Shown piece after piece: positions 1-13,571 of a stretch of DNA of 64,000 bases. How positions within the stretch are numbered: the stretch's first letter is position 1; each line of letters opens with the position of its first letter. A model generated the notes under the pieces. The model was not told the origin of the DNA, ran no database searches, and worked only from the letters and a program-made list of their open reading frames with translations. Origin of the DNA: Macrostomum lignano (taxonomy: Eukaryota); NCBI GenBank assembly GCA_002269645.1, contig NIVC01003075.1, positions 1 through 64,000 of the forward strand, given 5' to 3'. The position numbers and the translations under genes are program-made.

Positions 1-827
1 CAAGCCTCAACATCGTAGGGATTCCCAAATGAATCTCTTAACTTTGACATGAAGCTTCTTTATTTTTTACATTACGCTTTTTTATCAGCGATCCCTCCCC
101 TGAGGAGGCATCAAATAATGTAATAAAAAGTTTTCAATAAACTACATGTAGCTTCTGACTTTAGCCTTGAAATCTCATTTATACCCCGTGAGCCTTGACA
201 TCTCAGCTATTCCCCCGTAAGCCTTGACATGTCAGCAATGGCCCCCATAAACCTTGAAACTAAAATATCCCTGTTAACCTTGAAACCCGATAAAATATAA
301 CCCTCAACCCACACCTGACCTAAACTAACTTTAACCCAACCTAAGCCTTGAAATCTCAGCAATTCTCTTCTCCCTAAGCCTTGACATTTTAGTGATTCTT
401 CTTTAAGAATCACAGCACTATAACGATTTCCACCAAGCTTTGACATCGTAGCAATTCCAAATGAATCTTTTAACTTCGACATGACTTTTCTTTTATGTAT
501 ACATAGTGCTACTTTTATTTTTTACATGACTTTCTTCTATCAGCGCCCCCGTGACGAGCCAACAAAGAATGCAATAAAAAAATGGAGTAAAGTACATGAA
601 CTTTGAAGTAGCTTCTGACTTTTGCTTTGACATCTCAGAAACCCCCCCCCCCGTAATCTCAGTTATTCTCTGAGAGCTTTACGTCTCAGTTTTCTCCCCA
701 GCACAGCATTATAGTTGCATTTAATTTTGCATGAACCCTTCATGTCTGACATGACGTTTCTTTTATTCTACCGTGACGCTTCTTAATTTTTTAAAATGAC
801 ACTTTCATTAGTTTTTAAATGAGGCTT

Positions 828-3800
828 CTATGATTTTTCTTGACGCTTCTATGATTTTTACATGACGCTTCTATGAATGTTTACATGACGCTTCTATGAT
901 TGTTTACATGACGCTTCTACGATTTTTTACATGACGCTTCTATGATTGTTTACATGACGCTTCTATGATTGTTTCATGACGCTTCTATGATTGTTTACAT
1001 GACGCTTCTATGATTGTTTACATGACGCTTCTACGATTTTTTACATGACGCTTCTATGATTGTTTACATGACGCTTCTATGATTGTTTACATGACGCTTC
1101 TATGATTGTTTACATGACGCTTCTATGATTGTTTACATGACGCTTCTATGATTGTTTACATGACGCTTCTATGATTGTTTACATGACGCTTCTATGATTG
1201 TTTACATGACGCTTCTATGATTGTTTACATGACGCTTCTATGATTGTTTACATGACGCTTCTACGATTTTTTACATGACGCTTCTATGATTGTTTACATG
1301 ACGTTCTATGATTGTTTACAGAATGCTTCTATGATTGTTTAAATGACGCTTCTACGATTTTTACATGACGCTTCTATGATTGTTTACATGACGCTTCTAT
1401 GATTGTTTACATGGCGCTTCTATGATTGTTTACATGACGCTTCTATGATTGTTTACATGACGCTTCTATGATTGTTTACATGACGCTTCTACGATTTTTT
1501 ACATGACGCTTCTACGATTTTTTACATGACGCTTCTATGATTGTTTACATGACGCTTCTATGATTTTTTAAATGACGCTTCTATGATTGTTTACATGACG
1601 CTTCTACGATTTATATGACGCTTCTATGATTTTTAAATGACGCTTCTATGATTGTTTACATGACGCTTCTACGATTTTTACATGACGCTTCTATGATTGT
1701 TTACATGACGCTCTAAGATTTTTTAAATGACGCTTCTATGATTGTTTACATGACGCTTCTATGATTGTTTACATGACGCTTCTATGATTGTTTACATGAC
1801 GCTTCTATGATTGTTTTACATGACGCTTCTACGATTTTTACATGACGCTTCTATGATTGTTTACATGACGCCTCTAAGATTTTTTAAATGACGCTTCTAT
1901 GATTGTTTACATGACGCTTCTATGATTGTTTACATGACGCTTCTACGATTTTTTACATGACGCTTCTATGATTGCTTACATGACGCTTCTACGATTTTTT
2001 ACATGACGCTTCTATGATTGTTCACATGACGCTTCTATGATTGTTTACATGACGCTTCTATGATTGTTTACATGACGCTTCTACGATTTTTTACATGACG
2101 CTTCTATGATTGTTTACATGACGCTTCTATGATTGTTTACATGACGCTTCTATGATTGTTTACATGACGCTTCTATGATTGTTTACATGACGCTTCTATG
2201 ATTGTTTACATGACGCTTCTACGATTTTTTACATGACGCTTCTATGATTGTTACATGACGCTTCTAGATTTTTACATGACGCTTCTATGATTGTTTACAT
2301 GACGCTTCTATGATTGTTTACATGACGCTTCTATGATTGTTTACATGACGCTTCTATGATTGTTTACATGACGCTTCTATGATTGTTTACATGACGCTTC
2401 TATGATTGTTTACATGACGCTTCTATGATTGTTTACATGACGCTTCTATGAATTTTTACATGACGCTTCTATGATTGTTTACATGACGCTTCTATGATTG
2501 TTTACATGACGCTTCTATGATTGTTTACATGACGCTTCTATGATTGTTTACATGACGCTTCTATGATTGTTTACATGACGCTTCTATGATTTTTACATGA
2601 CGCTTCTATGATTGTTTACATGACGCTTCTATGATTTTTACATGACGCTTCTATGATTGTTTACATGACGCTTTGATTGTTTACATGACGCTTCTATGAT
2701 TTTTTACATGACGCTTCTATGATTTTTACATGACGCTTCTATGATTGTTTACATGACGCTTCTATGATTTTTACATGACGCTTCTATGATTTTTACATGA
2801 CGCTTCTATGATTTTTACATGACGCTTCTATGATTTTTTACATGACGCTTCTATGAGTTTACATGACGCTTCTATGATTGTTTACATGACGCTTCTATGA
2901 TTGTTTACATGACGCTTTATGATTGTTTACATGACGCTATGATTTTTACATGACCTTCATGTTGACATGACGTTTCTTTTATTCTACCATGATGCTTCTT
3001 AATTTTTAAAATGACTTTCATTAGTTTTAAAAAAAGGCTTCTATGATTTTTACATGACGCTTCTATGATTTTTAAATGACGCTTCTATGATTTTTTACAT
3101 GACGCTTCTATGATTTTTTACATGACGCTTCTATGATTTTTACTGACGCTTCTATGATTTTTTACATGACGCTTCTATGATTTTTTACATGACGCTTCTA
3201 TGATTGTTTCATGACGCTTGTATGATTTTTATATGACGCTTCTATGATTGTTTACATGACGCTTCTATGATTGTTTACATGACGCTTCTAGATTGTTTAC
3301 ATGACGCTTCTATGATTGTTTACATGACGCTTCTATGATTGTTTACATGACGCTTCTATGATTGTTTACATGACGCTTCTATGATTGTTTACATGACGCT
3401 TCTATGATTGTTTACATGACGCTTCTATGATTGTTTACATGACGCTTCTATGATTGTTTACATGACGCTTCTATGATTGTTTACATGACGCTTCTATGAT
3501 TGTTTACATGACGCTTCTATGATTGTTTACATGACGCTTCTATGATTGTTTACATGACGCTTCTATGATTGTTTACATGACGCTTCTATGATTGTTTACA
3601 TGACGCTTCTATGATTTTTTACATGACGCTTCTATGATTGTTTACATGACGCTTCTATGATTTTTATATGACGCTTCTTTGATTTTTTAAATGACGCTTC
3701 TATGATTTTTTAATGACGCTTCTATGATTTTTAATGACGCTTCTATGATTTTTACATGACGCTTCTATGATTGTTTACATGACGCTTCTATGATTTTTTA

Positions 3801-6800
3801 CATGACGCTTCTATGTTTTTTAAATGACGCTTCTATGATTGTTTACATGACGCTTCTGCGATTTTTACATGACGCATCTATGATTGTTTACATGACGCTC
3901 TAAGATTTTTAAATGACGCTTCTATGATTGTTTACATGACGCTTCTATGATTGTTTACATGACGCTTCTATGATTGTTTACATGACGCTTCTATGATTGT
4001 TTACATGACGCTTCTACGATTTTTTACATGACGCTTCTATGATTGTTTACATGACGCCTCTAAGATTTTTTAAATGACGCTTCTATGATTGTTTACATGA
4101 CGCTTCTATGATTGTTTACATGACGCTTCTATGATTGTTTACATGACGCTTCTACGATTTTTTACATGACGCTTCTATGATTGCTTACATGACGCTTCTA
4201 CGATTTTTTACATGACGCTTCTATGATTGTTCACATGACGCTTCTATGATTGTTTACATGACGCTTCTATGATTGTTTACATGACGCTTCTACGATTTTT
4301 TACATGACGCTTCTATGATTGTTTACATGACGCTTCTATGATTGTTTACATGACGCTTCTATGATTGTTTACATGACGCTTCTATGATTTTTTACATGAC
4401 GCTTCTATGATTGTTTACATGACGCTTCTATAATGTTTTACATGGCGCTTCTATGATTGTTTACATGACGCTTCTATGATTGTTTACATGACGCTTCTAT
4501 GATTGTTTACATGTCGCTTCTAAGATTTTTTACATGACGCTTCTATGATTGTTTACATGACGCTTCTATGATTGTTTACATGACGCTTCTATGATTGTTT
4601 ACATGACGCTTCTATGATTGTTTACATGACGCTTCTATGATTGTTTACATGACGCTTCTATGATTGTTTACATGACGCTTCTATGATTGTTTACATGACG
4701 CTTCTATGATTGTTTACATGACGCTTCTACGATTTTTACATGACGCTTCTATGATTGTTTACATGACGCTTCTATGATTGTTTACAGAATGCTTCTATGA
4801 TTGTTTACATGACGCTTCTACGATTTTTTACATGACGCTTCTATGATTGTTTACATGACGCTTCTATGATTGTTTACATGACGCTTCTATGATTGTTTAC
4901 ATGACGCTTCTATGATTGTTTACATGACGCTTCTATGATTGTTTACATGACGCTTCTAAGATTTTTTACATGACGCTTCTACGATTTTTTACATGACGCT
5001 TCTATGATTTTTTACATGACGCTTCTATGATTTTTTAAATGACGCTTCTATGATTGTTTACATGACGCTTCTACGATTTTTATATGACGCTTCTATGATT
5101 GTTTACATGACGCTTCTATGATTGTTTACATGACGCTTCTATGATTGTTTACATGACGCTTCTATGATTGTTTACATGACGCTTCTATGATTGTTTACAT
5201 GACGCTTGTATGATTTTTATATGACGCTTCTATGATTGTTTACCTGACGCTTCTATGATTGTTTACATGACGCTTCTATGATTGTTTACATGACGCTTCT
5301 ATGATTGTTTACATGACGCTTCTATGATTGTTTACATGACGCTTCTATGATTGTTTACATGACGCTTCTATGATTGTTTACATGACGCTTCTATGATTGT
5401 TTACATGACGCTTCTATGATTGTTTACATGACGCTTCTATGATTGTTTACATGACGCTTCTATGATTGTTATATGACGCTTCTATGATTTTTACATGACG
5501 CTTCTATGATTGTTACATGACGCTTCTATGATTTTTACATGACGCTTCTATGATTTTTACATGACGCTTCTATGATTTTTAAATGACGCATCTATGATTC
5601 TTCTATGACGCTTCTATGATTTTTTACATGACGCTTCTATGATTGTTTACATGACGCTTCTATGATTTTTTACATGACGCTTCTATGATTTTTTACATGA
5701 CGCTTCTATGATTGTTTACATGACGCTTCTATGATTTTTTAATGACGCTTCTATGATTGTTTACATGACGCTTCTATGATTTTTTATGACGCTTCTATGA
5801 TTTTTTAATGACGCTTCTATGATTTTTTAATGACGCTTCTATGATTTTTACATGACGCTTCTATGATTTTTAATGACGCTTCTATGATTGTTTACATGAC
5901 GCTTCTATGATTTTTACATGACGCTTCTATGATTTTTTACATGACGCTTCTATGATTGTTTACATGACGCTTCTACGATTTTTTACATGACGCTTCTATG
6001 ATTGTTTACATGACGCTTCTATGATTTTTTAAATGACGCTTCTATGATTGTTTACATGACGCTTCTATGATTGTTTACATGACGCTTCTATGATTGTTTA
6101 CATGACGCTTCTATGATTGTTTACATGACGCTTCTACGATTTTTACATGACGCTTCTATGATTGTTTACATGACGCCTTCTATGATTTTTAATGACGCTT
6201 CTATGATTGTTTACATGACGCTTCTATGATTGTTTACATGACGCTTCTATGATTGTTTACATGACGCTTCTACGATTTTTACATGACGCTTCTATGATTG
6301 CTTACATGACGCTTCTATGATTTTTACATGACGCTTCTATGATTGTTCACATGACGCTTCTATGATTGTTTACATGACGCTTCTATGATTGTTTACATGA
6401 CGCTTCTATGATTTTTACATGACGCTTCTATGATTGTTTACATGACGCTTCTATGATTGTTTACATGACGCTTCTATGATTGTTTACATGACGCTTCTAT
6501 GATTTTTACATGACGCTTCTATGATTGTTTACATGACGCTTCTATGATTGTTTACATGACGCTTCTATGATTGTTTACATGACGCTTCTATGATTGTTTA
6601 CATGACGCTTCTATGATTGTTTACATGACGCTTCTATGATTTTTTACATGACGCTTCTATGATTGTTTACATGACGCTTCTATGATTGTTTACATGACGC
6701 TTCTATGATTGTTTACATGACGCTTCTATGATTTTTACATGACGCTTCTATGATTGTTTACATGACGCTTCTATGATTGTTTACATGACGCTTCTATGAT

Positions 6801-8445
6801 TTTTTAAATGACGCTTCTATGATTTTTACATGACGCTTCTATGATTGTTTACATGACGCTTCTATGATTTTTTACATGACGCTTCTATGATTTTTATATG
6901 ACGCTTCTATGATTTTACATGACGCTTCTATGATTGTTTACATGACGCTTCTATGATTGTTTACATGACGCTTTTATGATTTTTACATGACGCTTCTTTC
7001 ATGTCTGACATGACGTTTCTTTTATTCTACCGTGATGCTTCTTAATTTTTAATGACACTTTCATTAGTTTTTAAATAAGCTTTTATGATTTTTTACATGA
7101 CGCTTCTATGATTTTTAAATGACGCTTCTATGATTTTTTACATGACGCTTCTATGATTTTTTACATGACGCTTCTATGATTTTTTACTGACGCTTCTATG
7201 ATTTTTTACATGACGCTTCTATGATTTTTTACATGACGCTTCTATGATTGTTTCATGACGCTTGTATGATTTTTATATGACGCTTCTATGATTGTTTACC
7301 TGACGCTTCTATGATTGTTTACATGACGCTTCTAGGATTGTTTACATGACGCTTCTATGATTGTTTACATGACGCTTCTATGATTGTTTACATGACGCTT
7401 CTATGATTGTTTACATGACGCTTCTATGATTGTTTACATGACGCTTCTATGATTTTTTACATGACGCTTGTATGATTTTTATATGACGCTTCTATGATTT
7501 TTTACATGACGCTTCTATGATTGTTTACATGACGCTTCTATGATATTTTACATGACGCTTCTATGATTTTTTAAATGACGCATCTATGATTGTTTACATG
7601 ACGCTTCTATGATTTTTTACATGACGCTTCTATGATTTTTTACATGGCATTTCTATGATTTTTTACATGACGCTTCTATGATTGTTTACATGACGCTTCT
7701 ATGATTGTTTACATGACGCTTCTATGATTGTTTACATGACGCTTCTATGATTTTTTACATGACGCTTCTATGATTGTTTACATGACGCTTCTATGATTGT
7801 TTACATGACGCTTGTATGATTTTTATATGACGCTTCTATGATTGTTTACCTGACGCTTCTATGATTGTTTACATGACGCTTCTAGATTGTTTACATGACG
7901 CTTCTATGATTGTTTACATGACGCTTCTATGATTGTTTACATGACGCTTCTATGATTGTTTACATGACGCTTCTATGATTGTTCACATGACGCTTCTATG
8001 ATTTTTTACATGACGCTTGTATGATTTTTATATGACGCTTCTATGATTGTTTACATGACGCTTCTATGATTGTTATATGACGCTTCTATGATTTTTTACA
8101 TGACGCTTCTATGATTGTTAACATGACGCTTCTATGATTTTTTACATGACGCTTCTATGATATTTTACATGACGCTTCTATGATTTTTTAAATGACGCAT
8201 CTATGATTCTTCTATGACGCTTCTATGATTTTTTAAATGACGCATCTATGATTGTTTACATGACGCTACTATGATTTTTTAAATGACGCTTCTATGATTG
8301 TTTACATGACGCTTCTATGATTGTTTACATGACGCTTCTATGATTGTTTACATGACGCTTTTATGATTGTTTACATGACGCTTTTATGATTTTTACATGA
8401 CGCTTTTATGATTTTTACATGACGCTTCTATGATTTTTACATTAC
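828..8445. repeat. 23-bp satellite (CATGACGCTTCTATGATTGTTTA)n, about 7.6 kb, with higher-order structure
   Basis: Direct reading; ~90-bp spacer recurs at about 739, 2955 and 6998. Confidence 0.97.
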
Positions 8446-8449
8446 GCTT

Positions 8450-9808
8450 CTTTTTAAAAAGTCTTTTAGTTTTCCTGACGTTGAAAAGTTTTAATTAAAA
8501 AAATTATACTCTATGAAAATTCGAACCATCGTCGCTGCATTTAGCAGTTCAGTTTGTTTACCTCTAGGCTAGCTCTCATCGTTTTGATAACATCATAATT
8601 ATATAATTCAACACTTGAAAATCCAAGCATAGAGTAAATCACACGAAGCAGTTATGACATAATCAGTTTCTCAGTCAGTCAGTATCAGTTAACAATATGG
8701 TTACGCAATTTAAATCAAGTCTGGTGCTACGCTTCCACACTGCATTTTCAATTCAAGTCGGAGTTACAATTCAGTTATGATGCAATCTATTTCAGAATCA
8801 GAATTCAACCAGTCATTTTTTTCTCTAGCATTCTTACAATGCATTTCAAGTCGAAAAGTTTGCTTGACCTTTGCAAAAAAGCATGTTTTTCGAATATTTA
8901 ATGCCTTTAGCATCGAGCAATTTCTTATCCACGATGCATGTACCGTCACGGGAAAATTTCTGATCGAACAGTGCAAGTTCGAACAAAATCGGTCCAGCCA
9001 TTTTTTCTCTAATCTATCACATATATATATATATATATATAGACATCACATTTTTAGTATATAGGATTTAGCAGTTCAGTTTGTTCACCTCTAGGCTAGC
9101 TCTCATCGTTTTGATAACATGAAATTTTGCACTTAAATAATTCAACACTTTAAAATCCAAGCATAGAGTAAATCACACGAAGCAGTTATGACATAATCAG
9201 TTTCTCAGTCAGTCAGTATCAGTTAACAATTATGGTTACGCAATTTAAATCAAGTCTGGTGCTACGCTTCCACACTGCATTTTCAATTCAAGTCAGAGTT
9301 ACAATTCAGTTATGATGCAATCTATTTCAGAGTCAGAATTCAACCAGTCAGTTTTTTCTCTAGCATTCTTACAATGCATTTCAAGTCAAAAAGTTTGCTT
9401 GACCTTTGCAAAAAAGCATGTTTTTCGAATATTTAATGCCTTTAGCATCGAGCAATTTCTTAGCCACGATGCATGTACCGTCACGGGAAAATTTCTGATC
9501 GAACAGTGCTAGTTCGAACAAAATCGGTCCAGCCATTTTTTCTCTAATCTATCACATATATATATATATATATATAGACATCACATTTTTAGTATATAGG
9601 AAGAGCTGCTTGACCTTTGCAAAAAAGCATGTTTTTCGAATATTTAATCCCTTTATCATTGAGCAATTTTTTAGCCAAGATGCATGTACCGTCCCAGGAA
9701 AATTTCTGATCGAATGGTGCAAGTTTGAAGAAAATCGGTTGAGCCATTTTTTCTGAAATCTATCGCATACCTACCCACATACAGACAACTCATTTTTAGT
9801 ATATAGGA
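8450..9808 (-). mobile_element. Three tandem Helitron-like 5' segments (5' ends at about 9808, 9601, 9066)
   Basis: Near-identical cores each beginning TCCTATATACTAAAAATG on the minus strand; the last continues into the 23-bp satellite. Confidence 0.7.
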
Positions 9809-9944
9809 CTAGCAATCTTTGCCCCCCGATGGGGGACATCTGGATAGAATCCTTGTTTTTTACAAATAACAAATAGACAGCGAAATAAAGCCTTCAGAAA
9901 AAACAACAGACATTCCCTCTTAAAAACAAAACATCCCAAGACAG

Positions 9945-10750
9945 CAAGCATCCTCAGACAACATTCAAGCATTGATCCCCAAATAGCAAGCATCCCCCAG
10001 ACTGCAAGCATCCCCCAGATAGCAAGCATCCCCAGATAGCAAGCATCCCCCAGACTGCAAGCATCCCCCGATAGCAAGCATTCCCCCAGACCCCAGATAG
10101 CAAGCATCCCCCAGATAGCAAGCATCCCGCAGATAGCAAGCATCCCCCAGATAGCAAGCATTCCTCAGATAGCAAGCATCCCCCAGATCGCAAGCATCCC
10201 CAGATAGCAAGCATTCCCCCAGACCCCAGATAGCAAGCGTCCCCAGATGGCAAGCATCCCCAGATAGCAAGCATCCCCCAGACTGCAAGCATCCCCCCGA
10301 TAGCAAGCATTCCCCAGACCCCAGATAGCAAGCATCCCCCAGATAGCAAGCATCCCGCAGATAGCAAGCATCCCCCAGATAGCAAGCATTCCTCAGATAG
10401 CAAGCATCCCCCAGATCGCAAGCATCCCCAGATAGCAAGCATTCCCCAGACCCCAGATAGCAAGCGTCCCCCAGATAGCAAGCATCCCGCAGATAGCAAG
10501 CATCCCCAGATAGCAAGCATCCCGCAGATAGCAAGCATCCCCTAGATAGCAAGCATCCCCCCCCCAGATAGCAAGCATCCCCCAGACAGCAAGCAACCCC
10601 TGATAGCAAGCATAACCTGGATACAAAGATACCTTATAGATATCTAGCAACCCCCTCTCAGATAGCAAGTACTCTCCACCCCCAAGAGCAAGCATCCCCC
10701 TGATAGCAAGTATCCATCCTTAAATAGCAAGCATCCACCAGAGAACAAGT
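9945..10750. repeat. ~18-bp minisatellite (CCCCAGATAGCAAGCATC)n
   Basis: Direct reading. Confidence 0.95.
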
Positions 10751-10789
10751 AGCTAGTGCAACAATTTCCTTAGCTTTATAATGGTTTCA

Positions 10790-12620
10790 TTTTGTTTGGC
10801 ATGACACTTCTTTTATGTTTGAAATGGTGTCTCTTTTTTGTTTAAAAAAGTGGCTTTTTAATGTTTGACATGGTAGCTCTTTTGTGTTTGACATGATAGC
10901 TCTTTAATGTTGGACGTGGTGGCCCTTTTGTGTTTGACATGGTAGCTCTTTAATGTTTGACATGGTGGCTCTTCTATGTTTGCCATGGCGGCCCTTTTAC
11001 GTTTGAAATGGTGTCTCTGTTATGTTTGACATGGTGGCTTAGTTGTTTGACATGGTGGCTCTTCTATGTTTGACATGGTGGCTCTTCTATGTTTGACATG
11101 GCGGCCCTTTTACATTTGAAATTGTGTCTTTTTATATTGGGCATAATGGCTCAATAATGTTTTGACATGGTAGCTCTTTTATGTTTGATATGGTGGCTCC
11201 CTTATGTGTGACATGGTGTCTTTTTTATTTTTAATGTTTGACATGGAGTCATATATGTTTGACATGGAGTCATATATGTTTGACATGGAGTCATATATGT
11301 TTGACATGGTGGCTCTTTAATGTTTGACATGGAGTCACGTATATGTTTGACATGGTGGCTCTTTAATGTTTGACATTGAGTCACGTATATGTTTCACATG
11401 ATGGCTCTTTTATGTTTGACATGATGGCTCTTTTATGTTTGACATGGTAGCTCTTTTATATTTTACATGGTGGCTCTTTTATGTTCGACATGGCTGATCT
11501 TGAATGTTTGACATGGTGGCTCTTTAATGTTTGACATGGTGGCTCTTTAATGTTTGACATGGTGGCTCTTTTATGTTTGACATGGTGGCTCCTTAATGTT
11601 GAACATGGTGGCTCTTTAATGTTCGACATGGTGGCTCTTTTATGTTTGACATGATGGCTCTTTTATGTTTGACATGGTAGATCTTTTATGTTTGACATGG
11701 TGGCTCTTAAATGTTTGAAATGTTGTCTCTGTTATGTTCGACATGGTGTCTCTTGAATGTTTGACATGGTGGCTCTTTAATGTTTGACATGGTGGCTCTT
11801 TTATGTTCGACATGGTGGCTCTTTTATGCTCGACATGGTGGCTCTTTAATGTTTGACATGGTGGCTCTTTAATGTTCAACATGGTGGCTATTTTATGCTC
11901 GACATGGTGGCTCTTTTATGTTTGACATGGTGGCTCTTAAATGTTTGAAATGTTGTCTCTGTTATGTTCGACATGGTTTCTCTTGAATGTTTGACATGGT
12001 GGCTCTTTAATGTTTGACATGGTGGCTCTTTTATGTTTGACATGGTGGCTCTTTTATGCTCGACATGGTGGCTCTTTTATGTTTGACATGGTGGCTCTTA
12101 AATGTTTGAAATGTTGTCTCTGTTATGTTCGACATGGTGGCTCTTTTATGTTTGACATGGTAGCTCTTTTATATTTTACTTGGTGGCTCTTTAATGTTTG
12201 ACATGGTGGCTCTTCAATGTTCAACATGGTGGCTCTTTAATGTTCGACATGGTGGCTCTTTAATGTTTGACATGATGGCTCTTTTATGTTTGAAATGTTG
12301 TCTCTGTTATGTTTGACATAGTGGCTCTTTAATGTTCGACATGGTGGCTCTTTTATGTTTGACATGATGGCTCTTTTATGTTTGAAATGTTGTCTCTGTT
12401 ATGTTCGACATGGTGGCTCTTTAATGTTTGACATGGTGGCTCTTTAATGTTTGACATTGAGTCACGTATATGTTTCACATGGTGGCTCTTTTATGTTTGA
12501 AATGGTGGCTCTTTTATGTTTGACATGGTGTCTCTTCTGTGTTCTACATGGTGGCACTTTTTTTTGTTTGGCATGGTGGCTCTTTTATATTTGACATTGC
12601 GCTTCTTTTATGTTTAGCAT
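10790..12620. repeat. 23-bp minisatellite (ATGTTTGACATGGTGGCTCTTTA)n
   Basis: Direct reading. Confidence 0.95.
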
Positions 12621-13199
12621 TTTGTGTTTTAAAGTGTTTTAATAAAAAAATGTTTTTGCACTACTAAGATTCGAACCCAGGTCGCTACATTAGCAGTCCA
12701 GTCTGTTCCCATCTTGGCTATCTCTTTTCAATTGGAGAACATGTATTGTGGCCCTTATAATTCAATTCTTATAGCAAGTCAGTTAGAGTAAAAAGTTATG
12801 ACATAATCAATTTCTCAGTCAGCCAGTATCAGTCTCAATTCAAGTTAGCAATATGGTTACGCAATTACAATCAAGTCTTGTGTGCATTTTTTCGACACTG
12901 TTTTCATCTTGTTGTGATGCAATCTTTATCACAATTGAAATTCAGTCAGTCAGTTTTTTCTTTCGCATTTTTACAATTCATTTCAGGTCGAAAGAGCTGC
13001 TTGACCTTTGCAAAAAAGCATGTTTTTCGAATATTTAATCCCTTTAAAATTGAGCAATTTCTTAGCCAAGATGCATGTACCGTCCCAGGAAAATTTCTGA
13101 TCAAATGGTGCAAGTTTGAAGAAAATCGGTTGAGCCACTTTTTCTGAAATCTATCGCATAGCTAGATAGTTACAGACATTTCATTTTTAGTATATAAGA

Positions 13200-13571
13200 C
13201 TAGCAGGGGTAGGCTGTCTGCCAGCATCCAGAATTTTTATTATACCCCCCGGGTAGGCTTGCGCAAGTTAAATAGAGTAATTATCTCGGCAGTGGGGCGG
13301 GGTGAGTTTTCTTATCAGTTGGCTCTGGCGCAATCATTAAAATTGGCAGTGAAGTTTCTCGCTGATAGAATTTTGCATTGAAAAAGCCCATTTAAAACAG
13401 TTTTTCGAATATTTAATCCCCTTAGCATTGAGCTAGAGCCTAATAAAATTACATGTACCGTCCCGGGCACATTTGACATGTTTTGGCGAAGAAACGGAGA
13501 AAATCGGTTGAGCCGTTCGGGAGATAATCGATTGCATACAAGCAAGCAAGATTTTCATTTTTAGTATATTA
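13200..13571 (-). mobile_element. Short diverged Helitron-like family member
   Basis: Shares TTTTTCGAATATTTAATCCC, CATGTACCGTCCC, AAAATCGGTTGAGCC and ATACTAAAAATG; ends in CTAG at 13200 abutting the next element. Confidence 0.6.

Larger units (their letters stand above)
9809..13199 (-). mobile_element. Complete non-autonomous Helitron-like element carrying two internal satellites
   Basis: Minus-strand 5' TCTTATATACTAAAAATG at 13199. 3' end is the hairpin CCCCC-ATC-GGGGGG followed 9 nt later by CTAG at 9812-9809. The 5' core contains the AAAATCGGTTGAGCC motif typical of Lep1/HINE-like non-autonomous Helitrons. Confidence 0.72.

Noticed and set aside
9796-10695. Overlapping GDACYL/GGCLLS/MLAIWG ORFs
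   Set aside because: Frames of the 18-bp satellite.
12655-12727. Functional tRNA-Ser gene (also the tRNA-like heads at 15072 and 43570-43640)
   Set aside because: Acceptor stems do not pair and they are embedded in mobile elements; treated as tRNA-derived.
8777-13147. Recurrent 60-95-aa ORFs (MMQSISESEF..., KKHVFRIFN)
   Set aside because: Non-coding Helitron-like core repeated several times; ORF ends vary between copies; no Rep/helicase motifs anywhere in the window.
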